DNA from: Nibricoccus sp.
GTDB lineage: Bacteria > Verrucomicrobiota > Verrucomicrobiia > Opitutales > Opitutaceae
Assembly (NCBI GenBank): GCA_047602425.1
Contig: JASGHG010000001.1
Coordinates: 3,584,001 to 3,648,000, forward strand
Reading direction: 5' to 3'
Length of the DNA: 64,000 nucleotides
Below are positions 1 to 9,885 of the stretch, one piece after another. The number at the start of each line of letters is the position of its first letter. Positions within the stretch are counted from its first letter, which is position 1. The translations under genes and the position numbers were made by a program. A model generated the notes under the pieces. The model had not been told where the DNA came from and searched no databases. It saw only the letters and a list, made by a program, of their open reading frames with translations.

Positions 1-9
1 GTTTCGGGG

Positions 10-98
10 AAATCCCAAATTCCAATGTTCAAATCCCAAAAGAGTGTGCGCCGGAGGTGCTGAGCTTTTGAAATTTGGATTTTGGAGTTTTGTGATTT
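10..98. repeat. Inverted pair of degenerate 7-bp tandem repeats (AAATCCC/AAATTCC ... TTTGGA/TTTTGGA)
   Basis: aaatcccaaattccaatgttcaaatcccaaa faces ttttgaaatttggattttggagttttgtgattt across a short spacer. Confidence 0.55.
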
Positions 99-161
99 CC
101 GCGCTTTGAGCGCGGGGGCAAGCGGAAATGTCCCGGTGCGATTGCGAGTGTCGTAATGACA

Positions 162-190
162 ACGGGCGATCCGCGGATCGGATCGCCCGT
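162..190. other. 12-bp perfect hairpin downstream of rpsO (terminator or processing stem)
   Basis: ACGGGCGATCCG-cggat-CGGATCGCCCGT; no clear U-tract on the minus strand. Confidence 0.55.
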
Positions 191-203
191 GTGCTAAAAC
201 TGG

Positions 204-467
204 TTACTTGCGGAGATTAAGCTTTTGCAGGAGCTCGTTGTACTTCGGAAGATTGTGTTTCTTTAGGTAATCGAGCAACTTACGGCGGCGGCTGGCCATC
301 TGAAGAAGGCCGCGGCGGCTGTGGAAGTCTTTACGATGGGTGCGCAGGTGCTCAGTCAAGTGATTGATGCGAGCGGTGAGAAGCGCAACCTGGACCTCGG
401 AAGAACCGGTGTCCTTGTCGTGGGTTTTGTATTCGGCGATGATTTCTGGTTTTACTACGGTAGACAT
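204..467 (-). CDS. rpsO: 30S ribosomal protein S15
   Basis: [31 protein letters not shown] motifs; 87 aa. Confidence 0.98.
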   Translation of the reverse strand: MSTVVKPEIIAEYKTHDKDTGSSEVQVALLTARINHLTEHLRTHRKDFHSRRGLLQMASRRRKLLDYLKKHNLPKYNELLQKLNLRK

Positions 468-505
468 GGTTTAATTGTTGAGTTTCACGACTGTAGGGGA
501 TTTTT

Positions 506-603
506 GAGTCCCGTGTCACCCGCCTTACGGCCGGTGCCACCGTTCCAATCCCACGGGATGTGAGACCAGTCATGGTGGGAGTCCGCAACCGACGGACTTC
601 CAC
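506..603 (-). promoter_or_regulatory. Candidate structured rpsO leader RNA
   Basis: Minus strand: hairpin GTGGAAGTCCG/CGGACTCCCAC, then a TCCCGTG/CACGGGA stem enclosing CACC-GGCC-GTAA-GGC-GGGTG (GNRA loop). Confidence 0.5.
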
Positions 604-778
604 TAACGCAAGGTATATGTATCCCGACTGGGGGCAGGGGGTGCAAGCGAAAATTTGGGCGAGGCACTGAGAACTTTGTTCTGGGATGCAAATAAGCGGG
701 AAATGGAAGTGGGGAGGTTCGTCAAAGGATATTTCGGATCATTTGTGAGTTCCTTTATTCCAGAATCTTGAACAGTTC

Positions 779-1165
779 CTAGCCGGCGCGGACGTTGATT
801 TCGCGAACATGGGCGCAACCTGGAAGCTTTTGGATTTTTTCGACGATGAGTTTGCGATGATGGAAGAGTTCGTTGCGAACGACGGCGTGCGAGGTGAGCA
901 CGACGAGGGAGCGTTCGCGTTCGATACGGGCTGGGTGCGAATACTGGGCGTTGGCATGGCCGACGAGCTCAGGCCATTTTTCGCGAATGGTCTGCTCGGG
1001 CGAGTCGCGACCGATTTGGTTTTTGACGAGAATCTCCTCGATCAACGGCCCGAGGTCTTTGGTTGGGCGTTTGCGCATGCCGGGAGGATTTTCGTTCGGC
1101 AGGCGACGGAGGGAGGCGATGAGTTCCTCGGCGGTGCGGCTGAATTCTTTGGGATCGTCAGCCAT
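779..1165 (-). CDS. DUF721/DciA-family protein
   Basis: EKWPELVG...HPARIE...LVVLTSHAVVRNEL pattern; start MADD at 1165 overlaps the upstream gene's stop. Confidence 0.75.
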   Translation of the reverse strand: MADDPKEFSRTAEELIASLRRLPNENPPGMRKRPTKDLGPLIEEILVKNQIGRDSPEQTIREKWPELVGHANAQYSHPARIERERSLVVLTSHAVVRNELFHHRKLIVEKIQKLPGCAHVREINVRAG

Positions 1166-1952
1166 GGGGCGGGGACGGCGGTTTTTGCGCGCGCTCGTGT
1201 TCGTAGAGGCGGCTGTAGCGGACGAACGTGCCGAAGGCGGTGGCGGTGGCAATATACAGTCCCGGGAAGCCGTCGAGAAAGCCGAGCTTGAAAAAGTAAG
1301 CGCGTTTGAAACGCCAGGACGCGCGGAAAATGGCGGCGAGGGCGGAGAAGCGGCCGCCTTTTTCGATCTGTTGCTTCACGAAAAGATCCGCGAAAGGCGT
1401 GATTTTTGCGACGTGGCTGGAAAGCGTCGGGAACGAATAGTGGTGCAGGTCGCCGTGGAGTTTGGCGATAGGGCCTTGAACAGCAATTTTTTCGTGCACG
1501 TGGGCGTCTCCGCCCCAACGGGCCTTGGTGCGATCGAAGAGGCGCAAACTGTAGTCGGGATACCAATCGCCATGACTGATCCATCGGTCGATGAACCAGA
1601 CCTTGCGGGGAAATTTGGCTCCGGCAAATTGGTTGAGGTCGGGGCGGGCGATAAAAGTTTCGATGGAGGTGCGGAGGGCGGCCGAAACTTCTTCGTCGGC
1701 GTCGAGCGAGAGAACCCAGTTGTGCGAAGCGAGATCGAGCGCGGCGTTTTTGGTGTCGCGGTAACCGCGCCAGGGTTGTTCGAAAACCTTTGCACCATGG
1801 TTGCGAGCGATGATGGCGCTATCGTCGGTCGTATCGTTGAGAAGCACCACGATTTCTGCGACCCAGCCCTGCACGCTGGCGAGGCAACGCGGGAGATTGT
1901 GCGCCTCGTTTTTGGCAATGATGACGACGGAAAGCGGAAGGGCGGAAGCCAT
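1158..1952 (-). CDS. GT2 glycosyltransferase (WaaE/KdtX-like, LPS core)
   Basis: LSVVIIAKNE, WVLSLDADE, WYPDY, HVHE motifs. Confidence 0.88.
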   Translation of the reverse strand: MASALPLSVVIIAKNEAHNLPRCLASVQGWVAEIVVLLNDTTDDSAIIARNHGAKVFEQPWRGYRDTKNAALDLASHNWVLSLDADEEVSAALRTSIETFIARPDLNQFAGAKFPRKVWFIDRWISHGDWYPDYSLRLFDRTKARWGGDAHVHEKIAVQGPIAKLHGDLHHYSFPTLSSHVAKITPFADLFVKQQIEKGGRFSALAAIFRASWRFKRAYFFKLGFLDGFPGLYIATATAFGTFVRYSRLYEHERAQKPPSPPHG

Positions 1953-2083
1953 GAAACTCCTTCTAGCGAAGGCGGCGGTTGGCAGAAAGTCGAGCCAGCT
2001 TGTGTCGAGGCAGGCGTGCGACGTCGGGGCACGGCACGAAATGGATTTGCAGTGCGGGCGGAAAGCAGCGGTTTTGGAGGGGC

Positions 2084-2902
2084 ATGAAAGTTGCGATTGT
2101 CATCCCTGTTTTAAATCAGCTCGCGTACACGCAAGGCTGTTTGAGCAGTTTGGCGGACGACATTGCGGCCGGGGTGAAAGTGATCGTGGTCGACAATGGC
2201 TCGACGGATGGCACGGGCGAATGGTTGAAACAGATTCGTGGAATCACAGTGATCGCGAATGCGGAAAACCGAGGTTGTGCGCCCGCCTGGAATCAAGGGT
2301 GCCGGGAAGGGAAGGAGGCGGACTGGATCGTGGTGCTCAACAACGACGTGCTGCTGCCGACGGGGTGGTTGGGCAAATTGATCGGCGCAGCGGAACGTGC
2401 GGGGCTCGATGTGGTTTCGCCGGCGATGCGCGAGCGGGAGCAGAATTATCCATTTTCTGAATACGCGGCGGAGTACATGGAGCGCATGAAAGGCGTGACA
2501 AGGCTGGGCGTTGCGCACGGAGTGTGTTTTGCGGTGAGCCGAAGAGCTTTTGAAAAGGTTGGAGAGTTCGACGAAGCGTTCCGCATCGGGCAGTTCGAAG
2601 ATAGTGATTTTTTCCGCCGGGTGAAACTGGCCGGGCTGAAGCTGGGCACAGTGGGCGACAGTTTTATCCATCACTTTGGTTCGGTGACTCAGGACGCATT
2701 GCGCAGTTCGAAAAAAACGCGGCCCTACGAGGCGGAAAATCGCGCCTATTTTAGGAAAAAATGGAAAATCGGATGGCTGAGGCGCCGCTGGGAAAAGTTT
2801 GTCTCAAGGCGTCGGTTGGCACGCTGGCGTGATCGTGAACTCGCGGTGCATGGCCGCACGCTCCACGAAAAATGGGAAGACGGTGGATGGAAGGCGTTTT
2901 AG
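2084..2902 (+). CDS. GT2 glycosyltransferase
   Basis: VIPVLN, VVDNGSTDGT, VVLNNDV, FEDSDF. Confidence 0.88.
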   Translation: MKVAIVIPVLNQLAYTQGCLSSLADDIAAGVKVIVVDNGSTDGTGEWLKQIRGITVIANAENRGCAPAWNQGCREGKEADWIVVLNNDVLLPTGWLGKLIGAAERAGLDVVSPAMREREQNYPFSEYAAEYMERMKGVTRLGVAHGVCFAVSRRAFEKVGEFDEAFRIGQFEDSDFFRRVKLAGLKLGTVGDSFIHHFGSVTQDALRSSKKTRPYEAENRAYFRKKWKIGWLRRRWEKFVSRRRLARWRDRELAVHGRTLHEKWEDGGWKAF

Positions 2903-2965
2903 CCTTCGATGGCCGGCATTTCTTGCAAGATGCGGCGCCGAAGCGGGGTTAAGCAACGCAACAGG

Positions 2966-4015
2966 TTACTTTGCTTTGTTGATGATCTGCTGCCGGACGG
3001 CGTTGAAAACCTGTTCGATGCTCAGGTGACGTACGCAGTGGTTGTGGTAGGAGTCGGAGGGCACGCAGAAATTTGGAGATAGGCACGGGTTGCAGGGCAT
3101 CGGAGCCTGCAAGGTGATGTGTTGTTCGCCGAAGGGCCGCCAGGCAGTGACGCTTTGAGAGCTGAAAAGGGCGACAACGGGAGTTCCGACGGCCGCGGCG
3201 AGATGCATCGGGCCGCTGTCGTGGCAAAGGAGCGTATCGGCAGAGACGAAAAGTGCGGCGAGTTGGGGAATTGTGAGGCGCTGATCGACGGCCGCGGCGG
3301 GCATCGGAAGTCGGGATTGGATGTCGGCGACGACATTTTTTTCGCCAGGACCTGCAACCAGAATGGGAGTGAGACCGTTGGTTTGAAATTGCGCGATGAC
3401 GGCGGCGAAGCGGTCGGCCGGCCAGATACGATGGGGACTTCGGCTGCCGGGATGGATCAGGATTTTAGTTGCACTTGATGGTTGTGTGAAGACGGGCAGC
3501 CGCCGAACAAAGTCGAAGTCCTCTTGGCGTGGGACTAGTTTTGGCGCGGTGGACTCGAACGGCACACCGATTTGTTTCAACGCGTGACCGTAGTAATCGG
3601 TGATGTGATGCGTTTTGAAAAAGTTGTCGGAAGCGATGGCGTGGTGAGTGTAGGCGCCGGGAGCAACAACGGTCCCTCCATGGTGCAGGGCGACGCGAAC
3701 GGGAGCTCGCGAAAGCCGGACCACCCAGGCGCTACGTGGCCGGTTGTCGAGATCGAGAACGTGCGTGAAGCGCGATCGACGTAGTTGGAAAAATGTTTTC
3801 CACCAGCCTGCCAGACTTGAGGGGACAAAGAATACTTTGTCTGCGTCGGGATTGAGGCTAAGAATCGGCGCAAAGGCCGGATCGACCATGACCGTGAGTT
3901 TTGCCTCAGGCCAGTGGTTGCGCAGACTTTTGAGGACCGGGCCGAGCAGCACAATATCGCCGAGATAGCGGCGGCGTATGATCAGGATACTCGGAACATT
4001 GGAGGGCGCAGGCAT
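2966..4015 (-). CDS. GT9 (heptosyltransferase-like) glycosyltransferase
   Basis: YLGDIVL, IHPGS, DSGPMHLAAAVGTPVVALF. Confidence 0.92.
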   Translation of the reverse strand: MPAPSNVPSILIIRRRYLGDIVLLGPVLKSLRNHWPEAKLTVMVDPAFAPILSLNPDADKVFFVPSSLAGWWKTFFQLRRSRFTHVLDLDNRPRSAWVVRLSRAPVRVALHHGGTVVAPGAYTHHAIASDNFFKTHHITDYYGHALKQIGVPFESTAPKLVPRQEDFDFVRRLPVFTQPSSATKILIHPGSRSPHRIWPADRFAAVIAQFQTNGLTPILVAGPGEKNVVADIQSRLPMPAAAVDQRLTIPQLAALFVSADTLLCHDSGPMHLAAAVGTPVVALFSSQSVTAWRPFGEQHITLQAPMPCNPCLSPNFCVPSDSYHNHCVRHLSIEQVFNAVRQQIINKAK

Positions 4016-4045
4016 TCGGACCTAATAGAAATGACTTGCTAGTGG

Positions 4046-5077
4046 TCAGTGTCGAGCGGAACGCAATCCTTGCACAAACGCCATGTGTTCGGTGAATCCT
4101 TCGCGCATTTTTCGTCGCAAGATTCTCTTTCTCGTCGAGCGGCTCATATTTTCGAAAGGACGTCGGATGCGGTAATCGAGCCAGGCAAACAGACGCGGAA
4201 GTGACGGCAGCTGTGCGCGAAGCCATTCCACTTCCGCCGTGAGTGCCGGCTGAAGGGAATCTTTTTTCAAAAGGTGAATAAGGGCGCGAAAAAGAATTCT
4301 CTGCTGTTTGAACGTGCTGAGCGGTCGAGGCTGGCGCTTCGCGAGGAGTGGAAGGTATTCGCGAAGAATGGAGACCATTTCCAAATCGCCGGTCTGCGTG
4401 GAGCGGTTGATGGCGGTCTGTTGAACGCCATGTTGGCGGAAACAGCAGAGCGGTTCGTTGGTATAGACGACATCGCCTTTGAGAAGCAGGTGAAACCACA
4501 TTTCCAAGTCGACGATTTGCTTTAAATTGGGCGTGAAGCCGCGAAGGCCTTGTTCGCGCCGGAACATCACCACGGACGGTTCGCCGATAAGGTTGCAATT
4601 TTCAAGAAGGCAGCTGGCGACGAGTGCATGACTTTGGTGTAGTCTGCTGGTTCGCAATTCATCCCAAATCCCGGTAAAACCGGAATGTTCATCAATGGTG
4701 AAGCGTGCGGAGACGGCGAGCGAGGCGGCGGGATTTTGGTCCAGTAGTTTGACGAAGCGGCTCAGGGCGGAGGGATGGGCGAGACAATCGTCACCGAAGA
4801 GGTAGCGGACGTATTCACCACAAGCTTGCTGGAGGCACCAGTTCCAATTGGCCACCATGCCTAGGTTCGGTTGATGAACATGAACGCGGATACGCGGGTC
4901 GCGGGCGGCGTAATCTCGGAGGATGCGCGCAGAGTCATCGGTCGAGCAATCGTCGCTGACGATCAATTCAAAATCGGTAAAGTCCTGCCGAAGCACCGAC
5001 TCGATCGCCTCGGGCAGGTAGCGGGCGTAATTATAGGTAGGGATGAGGACGCTGACTTTGGGGCTGACGTTGGTCAT
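4046..5077 (-). CDS. GT2 glycosyltransferase
   Basis: VSVLIPTYN, SDDCSTD, FGDD, IGEPS, DLEMW. Confidence 0.9.
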   Translation of the reverse strand: MTNVSPKVSVLIPTYNYARYLPEAIESVLRQDFTDFELIVSDDCSTDDSARILRDYAARDPRIRVHVHQPNLGMVANWNWCLQQACGEYVRYLFGDDCLAHPSALSRFVKLLDQNPAASLAVSARFTIDEHSGFTGIWDELRTSRLHQSHALVASCLLENCNLIGEPSVVMFRREQGLRGFTPNLKQIVDLEMWFHLLLKGDVVYTNEPLCCFRQHGVQQTAINRSTQTGDLEMVSILREYLPLLAKRQPRPLSTFKQQRILFRALIHLLKKDSLQPALTAEVEWLRAQLPSLPRLFAWLDYRIRRPFENMSRSTRKRILRRKMREGFTEHMAFVQGLRSARH

Positions 5078-6753
5078 CCGTGTGAATTCCCATTCAATGC
5101 TGGATCCCTGCGGACGTATTTACGCCATGCTCGGCAGGCGTTTTCAAAAGGACGGAAAAAAGAACGACTAAATCGAAAGAACCAAAGCCAATTGCCCAGC
5201 AAGCTCCTGACATAAGGGGTGAGAAGCCGTGCGGACTCCGGGATGTCTTTACCGCGTTCCAAAGAGTGCAGAACCCTCGCAAGAAGTCTTTTTTCGCGAA
5301 AGGTCAGGTGACTGGAGGAGTGAAGAAATGTCTTGGTGTACTCTTCCGCCAGGCGCACGTGTTCATGGTAGCCGATTTGAGCCCTGCTGTTAGTTGCGGT
5401 CTGTTGCCGATCATGGCGGCGGAAATGGCACAGGGCTTTGTCGGTGTAGACCAAGTCGCCACTTTTCAGCAGATGCAACCACATCTCCAGATCGACAATT
5501 TGCCTGTAAGTAGGGTCGAAACGGCGGCCGACGGTCGCTGACTTGCGAAACATGACGGCGGTGGGTTCGCCGATGGCGTTTTGAATGGTAAAGAGGCAAT
5601 GGCGCGCGATGGTGGGACCTTTGTTGAGGCCGTTTTGTTTGATTGCGCTCCAAAAATCGACCTCCTCGTCATTCGAATCGATGATCTGTCGCGCTGAAGT
5701 CGAAATGACGGCGCGGGGATTCGAATCCAACATGGTGGCCAGCGTGCTGAGCGCGTTGGAGCAGGCCAAGCGATCGTCACCAAAAATGAATTTAATGTAT
5801 TCTCCACGCGCTTGTTCGAGGCACCAGTTCCAGTTGGCAACCATGCCTTGGTTCACTTCGTGGATTTTAAAACGAATGCGTTGGTCGCGCGCGGCGTAGG
5901 AACGGATAATCTCGGCGGAGAAATCGTCGGAAGCGTCATCGCTGATAATGAGCTCGAAGTCCGGCAGATCCTGGGAGAGCACGGATTCGATCGCCGCGGG
6001 CAGATACTCCCCGTAGTTGTAGGTGGGCAACAGCACGCTGACCTTGGGAAGGGCGCCGGGCTTCAGCCAGGGCGCGCGTTTGAGTTCCCAAACGAGGTGG
6101 TAGACGTCGGCATGTTCGCGCTTTGCCATCGCCTTTGCCACTTCAGGCGGAAGTTCGGCGAGGGAGTGGTTAAACTCCGTGTTTTCCACCATGTTGCGCA
6201 CGTAGTGGGCGACATGGGCATGCAGGCCGTTTTGGTGCACGATCTTGGTTAAGTTAACTTTGCTGAAGAAGTGGAGATGTGTCTCGTCGAGAAGTCCAAT
6301 GCTCCGGTATTCGAAGCGATTTTTCCAAAGCTCGATCAGGATGGAATTGTGACAAAGGTTTGGGACCGACACGACAATGGAACCATCTTCCGTCATCAGC
6401 TTGGTGGCCTTGCCGAGTACTTCCGAGGGCTTGTGCAGATGTTCGAGCACATCCGCAAAAATGATGTAATCGAATTTTATCCCTTTGAGTTGTTTTGCCC
6501 AGTAGCCGCTTTCGATATTGCCCTCGATTTCGCCAATCAACGCGCGTTCAGAATACTTGGCCGCCTCGGAGCCGCTTTCCGAATCCAATTCGACGATGGT
6601 GACCTTGCATTCGAGTTTCTCCTTAAGGTATTTCGTCATTCGCCCATGCGCAGGTCCGAACTCGAGCACTGTGCTGCCGGGTTTAATGCATTTCAGGATG
6701 AGGGAGTTCGAATTCGGGGTATCGAGATCGAGTGTGAAATCGTATTTTCGCAT
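5074..6753 (-). CDS. SAM-dependent methyltransferase fused to GT2 glycosyltransferase
   Basis: N-term VLEFGPAHG, FADVLEHL, GLLDETHLHFF; C-term VSVLLPTYN...FGDD. Start taken at MRKYDF (ORF is open to 6852). Confidence 0.88.
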   Translation of the reverse strand: MRKYDFTLDLDTPNSNSLILKCIKPGSTVLEFGPAHGRMTKYLKEKLECKVTIVELDSESGSEAAKYSERALIGEIEGNIESGYWAKQLKGIKFDYIIFADVLEHLHKPSEVLGKATKLMTEDGSIVVSVPNLCHNSILIELWKNRFEYRSIGLLDETHLHFFSKVNLTKIVHQNGLHAHVAHYVRNMVENTEFNHSLAELPPEVAKAMAKREHADVYHLVWELKRAPWLKPGALPKVSVLLPTYNYGEYLPAAIESVLSQDLPDFELIISDDASDDFSAEIIRSYAARDQRIRFKIHEVNQGMVANWNWCLEQARGEYIKFIFGDDRLACSNALSTLATMLDSNPRAVISTSARQIIDSNDEEVDFWSAIKQNGLNKGPTIARHCLFTIQNAIGEPTAVMFRKSATVGRRFDPTYRQIVDLEMWLHLLKSGDLVYTDKALCHFRRHDRQQTATNSRAQIGYHEHVRLAEEYTKTFLHSSSHLTFREKRLLARVLHSLERGKDIPESARLLTPYVRSLLGNWLWFFRFSRSFFRPFENACRAWRKYVRRDPALNGNSHG

Positions 6754-6912
6754 GGGCTTTGTCCCAGAGTAACGGGTTTGGCTGGTTTTCTTTGTGGCGT
6801 TACGCAGGGTTATCTTTGTCGATTGCAGTCGTGCGACACCAAGCACGACCACGAGTTCAACGAACCTTTCATCCGGGCGATGGTAATAGGGACGATGTGG
6901 ACCATGTCTGGA

Positions 6913-7890
6913 TCAAGAAAGTTTATCGAGTTCGGAGACGACGATGCATTCGATCATTTGTTCGAAAGGGAGGGTGCTTTCCCAGCCGAGCAGGCGGCGT
7001 GCTTTGGATGGGTTGCCGTAGGAGGCGATTGGTTCGACGGCCATGACGAGGTTGGCATCGAACTTAACGTAGTCGCGCCAATTGAGGCCGACGACGTCGA
7101 AGGCGGTAGCTACGAGTTGTTCAACGCTGTGAAGTTTTCCGGTGGCGAGCACGTAGTCGTCGACGGTGTCGGATTTGAGCATGAGCCACATGCCACGAAC
7201 ATAGTCGGGGGCCCAACCCCAGTCGCGCTGGCCGGAAAGGCTGCCGAGATGGAGTTCGGTTTGCAGGCCTTTTTTGATGCGGGCGACGGCCTTGCAGACT
7301 TTCATGCTGACGAAGTTGCTGCTGCGGCGGGGCGATTCGTGGTTGTAGAGAATGGCGGAGCAGGTCGGAAGTTTGTAAGCGATGCGATAGACGCGGCCCA
7401 TTTGTTGGGAAAGGGCTTTGGCAGCGCCGTAGGGCGTGGTGGGATTCAGCGGGGTGAGTTCGTCCTGTGGCGAGTAGGGTGGCGAACCAAAGACTTCGCT
7501 GCTGGAGGCGTAGAGAAATTTTGGCGGTGTCGGCAGGTCGCGGAGAATTTCGAGCAGGCGGATCGTGGCCATGCCGACGCTATCGACGGTGGTTTCCGGG
7601 AGTTCGAGGCTGATGCGCGGGCTGGATTGTCCGGCGAGGTGATAAAATTCGTCGGGCTGAGCCTTGCTGATGACGCGGCGAAGATGCGTGGCGTCTTCGA
7701 AAGCGCCGTTATGAAGAAAAAGGCGCTTGTTGAGGAGCTTGGAGTCTTGAACGAGATGGCCAATGTGGCTGGCGTTCAGCGCATCGGGGCGGTGAACGAG
7801 GCCGTGAACGTCATAACCTTCGTTTAGGAGCAACTCCGTAAGGTAGGAGCCATCCTGGCCGGTGATGCCGGTGATGAAGGCGCGTTTCAT
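6913..7890 (-). CDS. gmd: GDP-mannose 4,6-dehydratase
   Basis: ITGITGQDGSYL, ASSSEVFG, PYGAAK, NHESPRR, RDWG. Confidence 0.93.
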   Translation of the reverse strand: MKRAFITGITGQDGSYLTELLLNEGYDVHGLVHRPDALNASHIGHLVQDSKLLNKRLFLHNGAFEDATHLRRVISKAQPDEFYHLAGQSSPRISLELPETTVDSVGMATIRLLEILRDLPTPPKFLYASSSEVFGSPPYSPQDELTPLNPTTPYGAAKALSQQMGRVYRIAYKLPTCSAILYNHESPRRSSNFVSMKVCKAVARIKKGLQTELHLGSLSGQRDWGWAPDYVRGMWLMLKSDTVDDYVLATGKLHSVEQLVATAFDVVGLNWRDYVKFDANLVMAVEPIASYGNPSKARRLLGWESTLPFEQMIECIVVSELDKLS

Positions 7891-7931
7891 TTAGCGAGAA
7901 GTGTTTTTGGGCTCCAGTTTGTGAACTCTGT

Positions 7932-9840
7932 TCAAGCCGGAAGAGATTGTTTGTCGTAAAGAGAGCGATACATCGGCGACGATTCGTAGACGCTCCTGTG
8001 CGGACCGCTGGCGACGAGATTGCCTTCTTCGAAAACGAGGATCATCGAGGCGTCGCGGATGGTGCTGAAACGGTGTGCGATTATGAGGGTGGTTTTCCCC
8101 ACCATGAGTTTCTTTAGCGCGGCATGGACGGCGGCTTCGCTGTCGGAGTCGAGTGCGGAAGTAGCTTCGTCGAGAATCAGGATGGGCGCGTTACGGAGAA
8201 AAGCGCGGGCGATGGCGATGCGTTGGCGCTGGACCGCCGGAGAGGCGCCCGCCGCGTTCGCCGACGACTGTATCGTAGCCAAGTCCGCCTTCGAGATTCA
8301 GAATGAAATCGTGAGCAAAGGCGTCGCGCGCAGCCTGTTCGACTTCAGCACGGGTGGCTTCGGGGCGGCCAAGAAGAATGTTTTCGTAAATTGTCTCGTT
8401 AAAAAGTACGGGGTCCTGCGAGACGATGGCGATGTTACGGCGCAGGTCAGCAAGGCGCAAATGTCTCAGGTCATGGCCGTCGACTTTGATCGAGCCTTGG
8501 GTGACCTCATAGAACCGGGGGACTAGGTTGACGAAGGTGGTTTTACCAGCCCCGCTGGGGCCGACGAGTGCGCAGACTGTACCGGCCGGGATTTTAATGC
8601 TCACGTCGCGCAAGACCAATTCATTGGTCTTGTACGCAAATTCAACGTTCTCAAAAGAGATTTCGCCCTGGCAGCGGCCGAGTTCAACCGGTATCGCTGG
8701 GTCGGTGATGGAGATGGGTTCATCCAGCACTTCCTCAAGCCGTGTGAGTGAGGCTTCACCGCGCTTTAGCTCGTTGCTGATTGCACCTAGTTTTTTAATC
8801 GGTTCGTAGCTTAAGAACAAAGCGGTCAGAATTCCTAGAAAGCTTCCACTATGTACGTTGTATCGGTACGCGTAGACAAAGGTTAGGGCGATGCCGCAGG
8901 TGGCGAGAATTTCGATGGATGGGGCGAGGATTTGGGCGTATTTAACCACTTTCATCTGGGCGCGTACGATCACTGCGCCGAGCTTGGCGAAGCGGTCGAC
9001 CTCGTGATCTTCCAAGCTGAACGCCCGCACCTCCTTGGCTGCAGCCAAATTTTCCGTGAAGCGACTGGTTATGTTACCTGCTTGTGCCTGCAGATGGATG
9101 GCACGGGTGAGCAGTTTTTTGCCCACGTAGCGGATCGGAAATACCGCGAGCGGCACGGTGAGCAGGCAAACGAGAACAAGCAGCAACCCCTGCTCTTGAT
9201 AGGCGATCAGTGCGACGCCTGTGAGCGTGCTGATCAGTGTGGCGGGTTGTTTGATCAGATCGTTTGAGACGATGGTGAGTGTTGTCTGCAACTGATTGGT
9301 GTCGCCGAGGTCGCGAGCGATCATTTCGCCGCTAGAGAGTTTTTGGAAGAATCCGAGGGGCAACTGTTGCATCTTTCGGAAATAATCGAGCCGGATTTGC
9401 TCCAATATCCGGATGCCGGCATGCTGGATAAGATATGTGTTGAGGTAGCCCGATACGCCGCGAATCGCGAATATAATAGGCAACCACATCGCAATTATGC
9501 AGACCTGCCAGGTCGTGAGTCGGGGACGCTGAGCGGCGGGGACGGGTGGCGGTGTGCTGGTTGGGGCAGGTTGGGGTTTTACCGGCTCGATTCCGAACAT
9601 GCGGTCGAAATAGCCGTCCAGATCGATCCATTTTTGGAAGGAATTTTTTTCCTTTGCATTGGTTTGGCTCGTGGGCGCTTCCATCGGATCAGCGGAGAGC
9701 ACGCGTGGAAAGACGTACTTCATCATCAGCGGCGCGCCCAAGCCACCGACCGCGCCGTAAAGAATTCCGCAAAAGACGCCGCCTGCGATGGCGAATCGGA
9801 CTTTGCGAAGATATTTAAAATACGGGAAGAAGCGGCGCAT
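7932..9840 (-). CDS. MsbA-like ABC exporter (TMD+NBD) with a +1 frameshift near 8231
   Basis: Walker A GPSGAGKT; signature [14 protein letters not shown] split across ORFs 8191..9840 and 7932..8282; [10 protein letters not shown] and H-loop in the second frame. Confidence 0.88.
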
Positions 9841-9885
9841 GAAGGAAAGTGAAGAAATAGTGTGGCGCGAGCGGAAGGGGCGACA

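Noticed and set aside
6271..7827. 518-aa plus-strand ORF, and similar long antisense ORFs (873..2087, 20636..21862, 45968..47059)
   Set aside because: Lie opposite well-supported genes in GC-rich DNA and carry no recognisable motifs
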